Below are positions 50,502 to 58,654 of a stretch of 64,000 nt of DNA, piece after piece (the first letter of the stretch is position 1; each line of letters opens with the position of its first letter). Source of the DNA: Bacteroidota bacterium (lineage in GTDB: Bacteria > Bacteroidota > Ignavibacteria > SZUA-365); the NCBI GenBank assembly GCA_034002405.1, contig JAVFAS010000010.1, positions 2,272-66,271 of the forward strand, in the 5' to 3' direction. The position numbers and the translations under genes are program-made. Under the pieces are notes generated by a model. The model was given only the letters and a program-made list of their open reading frames with translations, was not told where the DNA came from and searched no databases.

Positions 50502-51551
50502 ATGAATCTTTTCGAATCGCTTGGTATACGCAAGGGACTGTTGCTCGCTCCGATGGAGGATGTGACCGATATGTCCTTCCGTCAGATCTGCAAGGAGTTC
50601 GGCGCGGACCTCGTCTATACCGAGTTCGTCAACGCCGACGGCCTTGTTCGCAGCAGCAAGCCCACGAAGACCCGGCAGAAGATGCTGATCCGCGAGGAAG
50701 AACGGCCGGTGGGCATTCAGATCTACGGGGGGAACATGGACACGATGCTCGAGGCCGCGCGCATCGCGGAAGCCGAGCAACCGGATCTTCTCGACATCAA
50801 CGCCGGCTGTTGGGTGAAAAAAGTCGCCGGACGCGGCGCGGGTGCCGGGTTGTTGCGCGATCTGCCCGCGATGGTTGAAATGGCGCGCGGTATCGTCGAC
50901 GCGGTGCGCCTGCCGGTCACGCTGAAGACGCGCATTGGGTGGGACCACGATTCGATTCGTATCGTGGAATTGGCGAAGATGCTCGAGGACGTTGGCATCC
51001 GCGCGCTGACCGTGCATTGCCGCACCCGGCAGCAGGGTCACAGCGGCGATGCCGATTGGAGCTGGATTCCGAAAATCAAGGCGGCGGTCTCGATGCCGGT
51101 CATTCTCAACGGTGGCGTGATGTCCCCGGAGGATGCGCGCCGCGCCTTCGACGAAACCGGCTGCGATGCGGTGATGATCGCGCGGGGCGCGATCGCGAAT
51201 CCGTGGATCTTCCGCGAAACGAAATATTTCATGGAAACCGGTATCTTGCCGGAACCACCCACGTTCGCCGAACGCATCGCCACCGCCGTGCGCCACCTCC
51301 GCCTGGCCGTGCGGATCAAGGGGGAACGCCGGGCCGTGCTGGAGATGCGAAAACACTATATTGCGTATCTGAAATTCGTGCCGAATAGTCGTCAAATGAG
51401 AATGATCCTGATGAAACCCGAGACGCTGGCCGAGGCGGAGGATGTGCTGCAGAGCCTCCTTTTCTATGAACATGCCGCGGGCGGCTTCTCACAGACCGGA
51501 ACGACAACGGAGGAGGAGAATTTGGTCGTTCCCGGGAACTGTTGTGCGTGA
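50502..51551 (+). CDS. tRNA-dihydrouridine synthase
   Basis: LLLAPMEDVTDMSFRQICKEFGADLVYTEFV, IQIYGGN, DINAGCWVKKV, LTVHCRTR, and MIARGAIANPWIF. An alternative TTG start lies at 50496, immediately after the GT4 stop. Confidence 0.92.
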   Translation: MNLFESLGIRKGLLLAPMEDVTDMSFRQICKEFGADLVYTEFVNADGLVRSSKPTKTRQKMLIREEERPVGIQIYGGNMDTMLEAARIAEAEQPDLLDINAGCWVKKVAGRGAGAGLLRDLPAMVEMARGIVDAVRLPVTLKTRIGWDHDSIRIVELAKMLEDVGIRALTVHCRTRQQGHSGDADWSWIPKIKAAVSMPVILNGGVMSPEDARRAFDETGCDAVMIARGAIANPWIFRETKYFMETGILPEPPTFAERIATAVRHLRLAVRIKGERRAVLEMRKHYIAYLKFVPNSRQMRMILMKPETLAEAEDVLQSLLFYEHAAGGFSQTGTTTEEENLVVPGNCCA

Positions 51552-51585
51552 ATCATTGATTTCATAAAAATCACGCACACGTACT

Positions 51586-51614
51586 CTTGACTCCATTGCA
51601 TATTCTTGCTATTA
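51586..51614 (+). promoter_or_regulatory. sigma70-type promoter TTGACT-N17-TATTAT in an AT-rich island
   Basis: -35 at 51586..51591, 17-nt spacer, -10 at 51609..51614, about 70 nt before ATG 51684. Confidence 0.55.
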
Positions 51615-51683
51615 TTGGAATATATGCACTTAACACCTGAGTCTAACCTGTTACTTTAACTTATCACCGCGAAGGAGATTATT

Positions 51684-51965
51684 ATGAAAAAACTCCGCAA
51701 TTCTGTGGTGCTCGCTTGTGCTGCGGCAATCCTGGCTGGCGGAACCTTCCTCTCCGGTTGCACTTCCTACGCCACTCCCGAACAGCTCGCGCGCATCTCC
51801 GAACTCGAGCGCGAAATCAGCGCGTTGGAGTCCGCGATTCAGACCAAGCAGTCCCAGATCGGAACGCTCGATCGCCAGATTTCCGCCCAGGAAGCCAAGC
51901 TCGAGCAGTGCGCCAAGGACAAAGAGCTGGTCAAACAGCGTCTCGCCAACTGGAAAGGCAATTAA
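51684..51965 (+). CDS. small coiled-coil lipoprotein (93 aa)
   Basis: AAGGAG Shine-Dalgarno sequence. MKKLRNSVVLACAAAILAGGTFLSGC contains the lipobox. The rest has heptad-like helical sequence (ISELEREISALESAIQTKQSQIGTLDRQISAQEAKLEQ). Confidence 0.7.
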   Translation: MKKLRNSVVLACAAAILAGGTFLSGCTSYATPEQLARISELEREISALESAIQTKQSQIGTLDRQISAQEAKLEQCAKDKELVKQRLANWKGN

Positions 51966-52013
51966 GCCGCTGTCCGTCACGAAAAACAAAACCGTAAAGC
52001 GAGGAGAACTGAC

Positions 52014-52808
52014 ATGAAATGGAATAAAATTTCCGTACTCACCGTCGCGCTGGGGTTGTTCTTCATGGCTGGCAGCTCGGTGCTCGCCCAGCAGGAAGAA
52101 ATGACCGAGGAACAGGCCGCGCAGAAAATCACGACGCTGGAGAAGCGCGCCGCCGACCTCAAACGCCAGCAAGCTGCGCTCGACCAGCAGCTCGAAGAGA
52201 AGAACCGCGTCCTCAAGCAGAAACAGGACGATTACGAAAAGTGTGTCGATGAACTGTATGCGCTCGTCGGCGCCACGCGCCAGGATGTCGACGCCTACGA
52301 ATCGCGTCTGAAGCGTCTCGAGAACAAGATCTCCGAGCTGCTCCGTCTTTCCCCGATGGATCTGCTCGCGCGCAAGGGCGAAGTCGACGAGGCCGAAGAG
52401 GAATACAAGAATCTCGCGGGCAACAAGATCAGCCTGTTGCCGGCGTTTTTCGATCGCGTGCAGCGCGTGGGCGAGAACATCGCCACCTTGCGCGACACGC
52501 TGTCGCGCGCGGAGAAGTCCTACACGGTCGGTACCTGGGCAAAGGACCGCGACTGTCTCTGGAACATCGCCAAGAAGCCGGATATTTACGGCGATGCCTT
52601 CAAGTGGCCGAAGATCTGGCAGAAAAATCGCGACCAGATCAAGAATCCGGATATCATCCATCCGGGACAGGTCCTGAAAATCCCCGCACCCGCGCCGCTG
52701 ACACCGGAAGAAGAATCGGCTGCCCGCCGGTACTATCGCGCCAAGCGTGAGGCGGAAGTGGGAGGAGGCACCGATACCGGCGCCTCGCCCGAGAACGTCA
52801 ATAAATAG
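52014..52808 (+). CDS. secreted coiled-coil protein with C-terminal LysM domain
   Basis: Signal peptide ISVLTVALGLFFMAGSSVLAQ. A long coiled-coil region. LysM-like end: YTVGTWAKDRDCLWNIAKKPDIYGDAFKWPKIWQKNRDQIKNPDIIHPGQVLKIP. Confidence 0.8.
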   Translation: MKWNKISVLTVALGLFFMAGSSVLAQQEEMTEEQAAQKITTLEKRAADLKRQQAALDQQLEEKNRVLKQKQDDYEKCVDELYALVGATRQDVDAYESRLKRLENKISELLRLSPMDLLARKGEVDEAEEEYKNLAGNKISLLPAFFDRVQRVGENIATLRDTLSRAEKSYTVGTWAKDRDCLWNIAKKPDIYGDAFKWPKIWQKNRDQIKNPDIIHPGQVLKIPAPAPLTPEEESAARRYYRAKREAEVGGGTDTGASPENVNK

Positions 52809-52866
52809 ACATCCGGGTCGGGAATACTCTCCCCATCGCCGGTGGTGCTTCACCACACGCGATGGA

Positions 52867-53922
52867 ATGAGACCGATGGACACGGATTTCCGCGGAAAAA
52901 CCCTTACATTGCGAGATGTGAGGGTTTTTCCGTTTTATCGTGAGCAGATCGGGTCCACCGTGGAAGTAGAGAAACGCATACGGGTCGACGGCACCAATCC
53001 CGTCGTCCTCTTCGGATTCAACGATGTCCATCTCCGAATCATCGAGGAGCGCTTCGAGGCGACCATCATCGCGCGGGGCGAGAGCGTCCTCATCCGCGGC
53101 GAGGATACCGTCGTCGACCAGATCGAGAAGGTGCTGAAGGAATTGGTGTTCATCGTCAACAAGACCGATGCCCTCTCCGACCGGGATGTGCACACGGTGA
53201 TCGACATCCTGACCAGCGGCAACTCGCCCGAACTGGAGCCGGAGGAATTGGATAATGTGGTCCTCTATGCGAAAAAGGACTACATCAAGGCGAAAACGCC
53301 CGGACAGATCGGCTACCTGCGGAAGATTCGCGAGAATGATATCGTGTTCGCGATCGGTCCCGCCGGAACCGGAAAAACCTACCTCGCCGTCGCCGCCGCC
53401 GTGGCCGCGCTGCGGAAGCACGAAGTCCTGAAAATCGTGCTCACGCGTCCCGCCGTGGAAGCGGGCGAGAGTCTCGGATTTCTTCCCGGAGACTTCCGCG
53501 AGAAAGTCGATCCGTACCTGCGGCCGCTCTATGACGCGCTCGACGACATGCTGCCCGCCGAGAAGTTGAAGGCGTATGTCGAGCGGCGCACGATCGAGAT
53601 CGTTCCGCTTGCCTACATGCGCGGACGCACGCTCAACAACGCCTTCATCATCCTCGACGAGGCGCAGAACGCGACGTCGATGCAGATGAAGATGTTTCTC
53701 ACCCGCATGGGTGCGAATTCCCGCGCGATCATCACCGGCGATATCACGCAAATCGATCTCCCGCTGCGCAGCACCAGCGGCCTGGTGGAGATTCAGGGCA
53801 TCCTTTCCGGTATCGAGGGCGTCGGCTTCCAGTATTTCGACAAGACCGATGTGGTCCGCCACCGCCTGGTCAAGAACATCATCGAGGCCTACGAGCGCTT
53901 CAATAATGAACAGGCCGGGTAG
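52867..53922 (+). CDS. phoH: PhoH-family ATPase
   Basis: Walker A in VFAIGPAGTGKTYLAVA. LTRPAVEAGESLGFLPGD, IVPLAYMRGRTL, FIILDEAQN, and ITGDITQIDLP. I trimmed the start so it lies after the LysM gene stop. Confidence 0.92.
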   Translation: MRPMDTDFRGKTLTLRDVRVFPFYREQIGSTVEVEKRIRVDGTNPVVLFGFNDVHLRIIEERFEATIIARGESVLIRGEDTVVDQIEKVLKELVFIVNKTDALSDRDVHTVIDILTSGNSPELEPEELDNVVLYAKKDYIKAKTPGQIGYLRKIRENDIVFAIGPAGTGKTYLAVAAAVAALRKHEVLKIVLTRPAVEAGESLGFLPGDFREKVDPYLRPLYDALDDMLPAEKLKAYVERRTIEIVPLAYMRGRTLNNAFIILDEAQNATSMQMKMFLTRMGANSRAIITGDITQIDLPLRSTSGLVEIQGILSGIEGVGFQYFDKTDVVRHRLVKNIIEAYERFNNEQAG

Positions 53923-53961
53923 GAACGTTCCGAACAATCCATTCTCAGAGACAGGAAACAC

Positions 53962-55081
53962 ATGTACGAGCAATATCTAAGCGAGGCAAAGTCCATCCGC
54001 ACGCGGGTGGACGATCTCCGGGGGTTCCTTTGACATCGATACCAAGAAACGCGAAATAGCCGAACTCGAGGCGCGCACGCACGCCGCCGGTTTCTGGGAC
54101 GATAACGTCGCCGCGCAGAAGGTGATGCAGGAGATCACGATCCGGAAGGACTGGGTCGTGCAGTGGGATGCCGTCGACGCGAAAACCTCCGATTTTCTCA
54201 TGCTGGTCGAACTCGCGGAGGAAGCGCAGGACGCGTCGCTCGCCGCGGAGCTCGCCGCCGAAGCCGAGACGCTGCACGGTCTGCTGGGCGATCTGGAATT
54301 CAAGAACATGCTGTCGGGCGAGGACGACCACCGCACCGCCATCGTGACCATTCATTCCGGCGCCGGTGGCACCGAGTCGCAGGACTGGGCCGAAATGCTC
54401 TACCGCATGTACCTCCGATACTGCGAACGGCGCGGCTTCGAGGTGACGCTGGTCGACGAACTCGAGGGCGAGGGCGCCGGCATCAAGAGCGCCACGTTCG
54501 AGGCGAAGGGGCCGTACGCCTACGGATATCTCAAGTCCGAAATCGGCGTGCACCGGCTCGTGCGCATCTCCCCGTTCGATTCCGCCAAGCGCCGGCACAC
54601 GAGCTTCGCATCGGTGTTCGTCTATCCCGAGATCGACGACGACATCCAGATCGACATCAATCCCGCCGATCTCAAAGTCGACACCTTCCGCTCGGGCGGC
54701 AAGGGCGGACAGAATGTCAACAAGGTCGAGACCGCCGTGCGCATCACGCATGTTCCGTCGGGCATCGTCGTCGCCTGCCAGCAGGAGCGTTCGCAGCACC
54801 AGAACCGCGCCACGGCGATGAAACTGTTGCAGTCGCGCCTCTACCAAATCGAACGCGAGAAGGAAGCCAGCCGTCTCGCCGCGGTCGAGGACAGCAAGAA
54901 GAAAATCGAGTGGGGCAGCCAGATCCGCTCCTACGTGTTCCATCCCTACAACATGGTCAAGGACCATCGCACGGGCGAGGAAACCAGCAACGTGCAGGCG
55001 GTGATGGACGGCGAGCTCGATGCATTCTCGAAGGCGTACCTCCTGCAATTCGGCAGCGCCGTCGCGGCCATGCCGACATGA
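53962..55081 (+). CDS. prfB: peptide chain release factor 2, requires programmed +1 frameshift: join(53962..54030, 54032..55081)
   Basis: Frame 0 reads [23 protein letters not shown], then an in-frame TGA at 54031. Shifting +1 at CTT TGA C continues [13 protein letters not shown]... through SPF (RISPFDS) and GGQ ([17 protein letters not shown]). Confidence 0.93.
54019..54034 (+). promoter_or_regulatory. RF2 autoregulatory +1 frameshift site (internal SD-like CGGGGG, then CTT TGA C)
   Basis: cgg ggg ttc ctt tga c matches the conserved CUU UGA C slippery/stop context with a G-rich anti-SD-pairing element 3 nt upstream. Confidence 0.9.
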
Positions 55082-55117
55082 CGCGGGGCGTCGTAATATT
55101 CCGAGATCCGGGTCCGT

Positions 55118-56332
55118 ATGTCGTTTGAACGCTTCATCGCGCTGCGCTACCTGCGCAAACGGAACCTCCCGCGTTTCCTCTCGTTCATGACCGCGGTCGC
55201 GATCGGGAGCGTGGCCGTGGGGACCGCCGCGCTCATCATCACCTTCACGATTCTCGACGGGTTCGAACGCGAACTTCGCCGGAATCTGATCGGCTTCTCC
55301 GGGCATGTCCGTGTCGGCGTCTATCGCGGAGAAACCGTGCCGAGCGAACCATCGGTGCTGGCACGGCTCGCGCGGCTCGACAATGTCGAGGCCGCGGGAC
55401 CCTTTTTCGAACGCGAGGCCATGGTGATCACGCGCGACGATATCGAGGGAGTGAAGGTGAAAGGGTTCGACTCCCTTGCCGATCTCTCGCGCATCCGCGA
55501 CCGGATGGTGGCGGGGGCGTACGTCCTCAATCCGATCGACGGTCGACATTCCATTCTGGTCGGCCGGCGACTGGCGGACAAGCTGGGTGTCGGCATCGGT
55601 GACCGCATGCTGTTGCTTGGCGTGACCGATTTCCGCAACCTCGCGGACGCACCGAAAGTGCAGTGCACCATTCGCGGCATCTACGAAACCGGCATGGCCG
55701 AGTATCTCGACGACGTGTATGTCTTTACCGCGCTCGAAACCGCGCAGCGGTTGTTCGCGCAGCCCGGACGTCTCGGCGGCTACGATGTGTTGTGCCGGGA
55801 CATCGACCGGGTCGAGGAAACCGTCGATGCGATTCAGGGTGCGCTCGGCTATCCGTACGATCCGCGATCCGTCTTCGCGCTGTTCCACCACCTTTTTGTC
55901 TGGATCGATCTGCAGCAACAGCTCATCCCCATCGTCGTCGGATCGCTGATCGTGATATCCGTCTTCAATGTCATCGCCACGCTGCTCCTGTTTGTCATCG
56001 AGAAAACACAGTACATCGGCATTCTTCTCGCCATGGGCGCCTCGCGGCGGCATGTGCGACGCATTTTCGTCATGCAGGGATTGGCGATCGGTGTTCTGGG
56101 CGCGGGCCTCGGCGTGGCGGTGGCGTTCGCCTTCAGCCTTGCGCAGCAGGAGCTGCGATTCTTCAGCCTGCCGCAGGACGTCTACTTCATGACCACCGTC
56201 CCGATTCACATGTCGATCGAGGTATTCGCCGGTGTCGCCGCGGCCGGGATCATGCTCGCATTCCTGTCGTCCTTCATCCCCGCGTGGCTTGCCTCGCGAC
56301 TCAATCCCATCCGTTCCATCCGCTTTCACTGA
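55118..56332 (+). CDS. LolC/LolE-family ABC transporter permease (FtsX/MacB fold)
   Basis: MSFERFIALRYLRKRN..FLSFMTAVAIGSVAVGTAALIITFTILDGFE. A periplasmic domain. C-terminal FtsX-type TM bundle (GILLAMGASRRHVRRIFVMQGLAIG...SRLNPIRSIRFH). Confidence 0.88.
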   Translation: MSFERFIALRYLRKRNLPRFLSFMTAVAIGSVAVGTAALIITFTILDGFERELRRNLIGFSGHVRVGVYRGETVPSEPSVLARLARLDNVEAAGPFFEREAMVITRDDIEGVKVKGFDSLADLSRIRDRMVAGAYVLNPIDGRHSILVGRRLADKLGVGIGDRMLLLGVTDFRNLADAPKVQCTIRGIYETGMAEYLDDVYVFTALETAQRLFAQPGRLGGYDVLCRDIDRVEETVDAIQGALGYPYDPRSVFALFHHLFVWIDLQQQLIPIVVGSLIVISVFNVIATLLLFVIEKTQYIGILLAMGASRRHVRRIFVMQGLAIGVLGAGLGVAVAFAFSLAQQELRFFSLPQDVYFMTTVPIHMSIEVFAGVAAAGIMLAFLSSFIPAWLASRLNPIRSIRFH

Positions 56333-56335
56333 GTC

Positions 56336-57553
56336 ATGACCGTCGAAAGATTCATCGCGCGCCGGTACCTGTTCGGGAAGAAGCGGTTCAGCTTCATCAA
56401 CATCATCTCGCTGCTTGCGACGCTCGGTATCATGTTTGGCGTCGCGGCCCTGATCGTGGTCATGTCGGTATTCAACGGATTCAACGGTCTCGTGACGTCC
56501 ATCCTGCAGGATTTCGACCCCCATCTGAAGATCGAGCGTTTGCCGCGTGTCGAGGGAAAGAGCATGGCCGAGCTGCGCGGCATCATCGGCACACTCGACG
56601 GCGTGCGGGGCGTGGCGCCATTCGTCGAACGCAAGGCCATGGTGATGGCGGGCGGCAACGCGAATTTCGTTTGGGTGAAAGGCGTCGATCCCGACAGCGT
56701 CGGAGCCGTCTCGCGCGTGGCGGAAAAAACCATTCTCGGCGATTTCCGTCTGGCGCAACGCGGCGGCATCGTGCTGGGCATCGCCCTCGCCGACCGCATG
56801 CGCGTGCTGGTCGGCGACAGTGTGGTGCTCTACAGTCCCGCCGGCATGGAACATCTGCTCACGCAATTCGTCGCCCCCACCGTGCTGCGCTGCGAGGTGA
56901 CCGGGATTTTCGATTCACGGAACAAGATCTATGACGGTTCGTACGCCTTCCTCTCGCTCGGGGACGCGCAACGGCTTTTCCGCATGACGGGGCAGTATAC
57001 CGGCTATGAGCTGCGTCTCGACGACGTCGATGACAGCGAGGACGTCCAGACTCGGTTGCGGGATCAGCTTGGCGGCGGGTGGAAGGTGTTGACCTGGTTC
57101 GACCTGCACAAGGATCTGTATTCCGTCATGGCCATCGAACGATGGAGTGCATTCATCCTGCTCGGCATTATCATCGCCGTGGCCGTGTTCAACATCCTCG
57201 CCTCGCTGACCATGCTCGTGCTCGAAAAACAGCGCGACATCGGAATTCTCCGGACGATGGGGATGCCCGCGCGGCGGGTGCAGCGCATCTTTCTGCTCGA
57301 GGGGGTCTGGATCGGCGGCCTCGGCGTGGCGGCGGGGCTTGTCGTCGGTCTCGGAATCACCTGGCTGCAGGCGGAATTCGGTCTGGTCAAACTTGATCAG
57401 GCATTCATCATCCCCGCGATTCCCGTCGATCCGCGGTTCGCCGATATCGCCCTGATTGTCCTCGGGACCTTCGGCCTCTGTCTTCTTGCCGCGTGGTATC
57501 CCGCGATGCGCGCACGCGGCGTCAAGATTATCGATGCGGTACGGTGGGAATAA
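56336..57553 (+). CDS. LolC/LolE-family ABC transporter permease (second paralog)
   Basis: MTVERFIARRYLFGKKRFSFINIISLLATLGIMFGVAALIVVMSVFNGF..., then ILRTMGMPARRVQRIFLLEGVWIG. Starts 3 nt after the previous stop. Confidence 0.88.
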   Translation: MTVERFIARRYLFGKKRFSFINIISLLATLGIMFGVAALIVVMSVFNGFNGLVTSILQDFDPHLKIERLPRVEGKSMAELRGIIGTLDGVRGVAPFVERKAMVMAGGNANFVWVKGVDPDSVGAVSRVAEKTILGDFRLAQRGGIVLGIALADRMRVLVGDSVVLYSPAGMEHLLTQFVAPTVLRCEVTGIFDSRNKIYDGSYAFLSLGDAQRLFRMTGQYTGYELRLDDVDDSEDVQTRLRDQLGGGWKVLTWFDLHKDLYSVMAIERWSAFILLGIIIAVAVFNILASLTMLVLEKQRDIGILRTMGMPARRVQRIFLLEGVWIGGLGVAAGLVVGLGITWLQAEFGLVKLDQAFIIPAIPVDPRFADIALIVLGTFGLCLLAAWYPAMRARGVKIIDAVRWE

Positions 57554-57628
57554 TTTCCGCCATGGAACGGAATGGTGCTTCCGCCGTCAAATGTGTTCTC
57601 GACTGAATTCACGGAAACAGGTCCAGAA

Positions 57629-58315
57629 ATGAAAAACGCCATCGTGCATGTGCGCGACGTGTACAAGACATATTCCACCGGAACACATTCCCGACTCGAG
57701 GTGCTGCGTGGCACGTCCTTTGACGTTGATGAGGGGCAGGTCGTCGCCGTGGTCGGCGCGTCGGGCGCGGGAAAGAGCACGCTGTTGCACATCATCGGCG
57801 CGCTCGATCGGCCGGACACTGGCTCGGTGTTGCTCGATGGCGAAGACATGTTCGCCATGGACGACCAGCGTCTCGCGGCCTTCCGCAATCGGAAGATGGG
57901 ATTTGTTTTTCAGTTCCATCATCTACTGCCGGAATTCACCGCGCGGGAGAATATCGCGATTCCCGCCATGATCGGGGGGGCGACGGCGGCCGAGGCAAAC
58001 CGCCGGGCGGATGCGCTGCTCGATACCGTGAAGGTTTCGCATCGCGCCGCGGCGCGTCCGTCGGAACTCTCGGGTGGCGAGCAACAGCGCGTCGCCGTCG
58101 CGCGTGCGCTGATCAACAATCCGCGCATCGTGCTGGCGGACGAACCCTCGGGAAATCTCGACGAGGAGAACGCAGGTCTGTTGCACGAGCTGCTCTGGAC
58201 ATTGGCCCGCGAGAAACGGCAGACGTTCATCATTGTCACGCATGACGGCGAACTCGCGGCGCGGGCCGATGCGACGCTGCGCCTGCACGAGGGGAAACTT
58301 CTTCCCCGCGCGTAG
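57629..58315 (+). CDS. lolD: LolD-like ABC transporter ATP-binding protein
   Basis: Walker A GASGAGKST, signature LSGGEQQRVAVARAL, Walker B IVLADEPSGNLD. Start trimmed to MKNAIVHV. Confidence 0.9.
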   Translation: MKNAIVHVRDVYKTYSTGTHSRLEVLRGTSFDVDEGQVVAVVGASGAGKSTLLHIIGALDRPDTGSVLLDGEDMFAMDDQRLAAFRNRKMGFVFQFHHLLPEFTARENIAIPAMIGGATAAEANRRADALLDTVKVSHRAAARPSELSGGEQQRVAVARALINNPRIVLADEPSGNLDEENAGLLHELLWTLAREKRQTFIIVTHDGELAARADATLRLHEGKLLPRA

Positions 58316-58390
58316 CTGGAATCATGGTCGATTTTCGTATTTTTCCAGTTTGATCGACATTCATTCTCACTGTAGGAACGGAGTTTTTGC

Positions 58391-58654
58391 ATGGCCAAAG
58401 TGCAGAGAAAACGCAAGGGCGCAAAACGGATCATCGACGTCCCGGAGGCCGAGCTTCCGCAGCGGGTCAATTACATGATCCTCGGCGCCGGTGTTCTGGT
58501 CGTGATCATCGGCTTTCTCGTCATGTCCGCCGGTGACGCGGTCAGTCCACTGTCCGTCACCATCGCACCCATCATTCTCTTCCTCGGGTTCTGCGTCATT
58601 ATCCCGATCGGAATCATCTACAAGCCGAAAAAGATCACGGGAGACGAGGCATGA
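58391..58654 (+). CDS. small two-TM membrane protein (DUF3098-like)
   Basis: Basic N-terminus (MAKVQRKRKGAKR), NYMILGAGVLVVIIGFLVMSAGD, and LSVTIAPIILFLGFCVIIPIGIIY. Its stop overlaps the next start (ATGA at 58651..58654). Confidence 0.6.
   Translation: MAKVQRKRKGAKRIIDVPEAELPQRVNYMILGAGVLVVIIGFLVMSAGDAVSPLSVTIAPIILFLGFCVIIPIGIIYKPKKITGDEA

Noticed and set aside
53945-56866. 973-aa ORF on the minus strand
   Set aside because: It is antisense to prfB and the two LolC/E genes. All three are unambiguous on the + strand (SPF/GGQ motifs, FtsX-type TM bundles).
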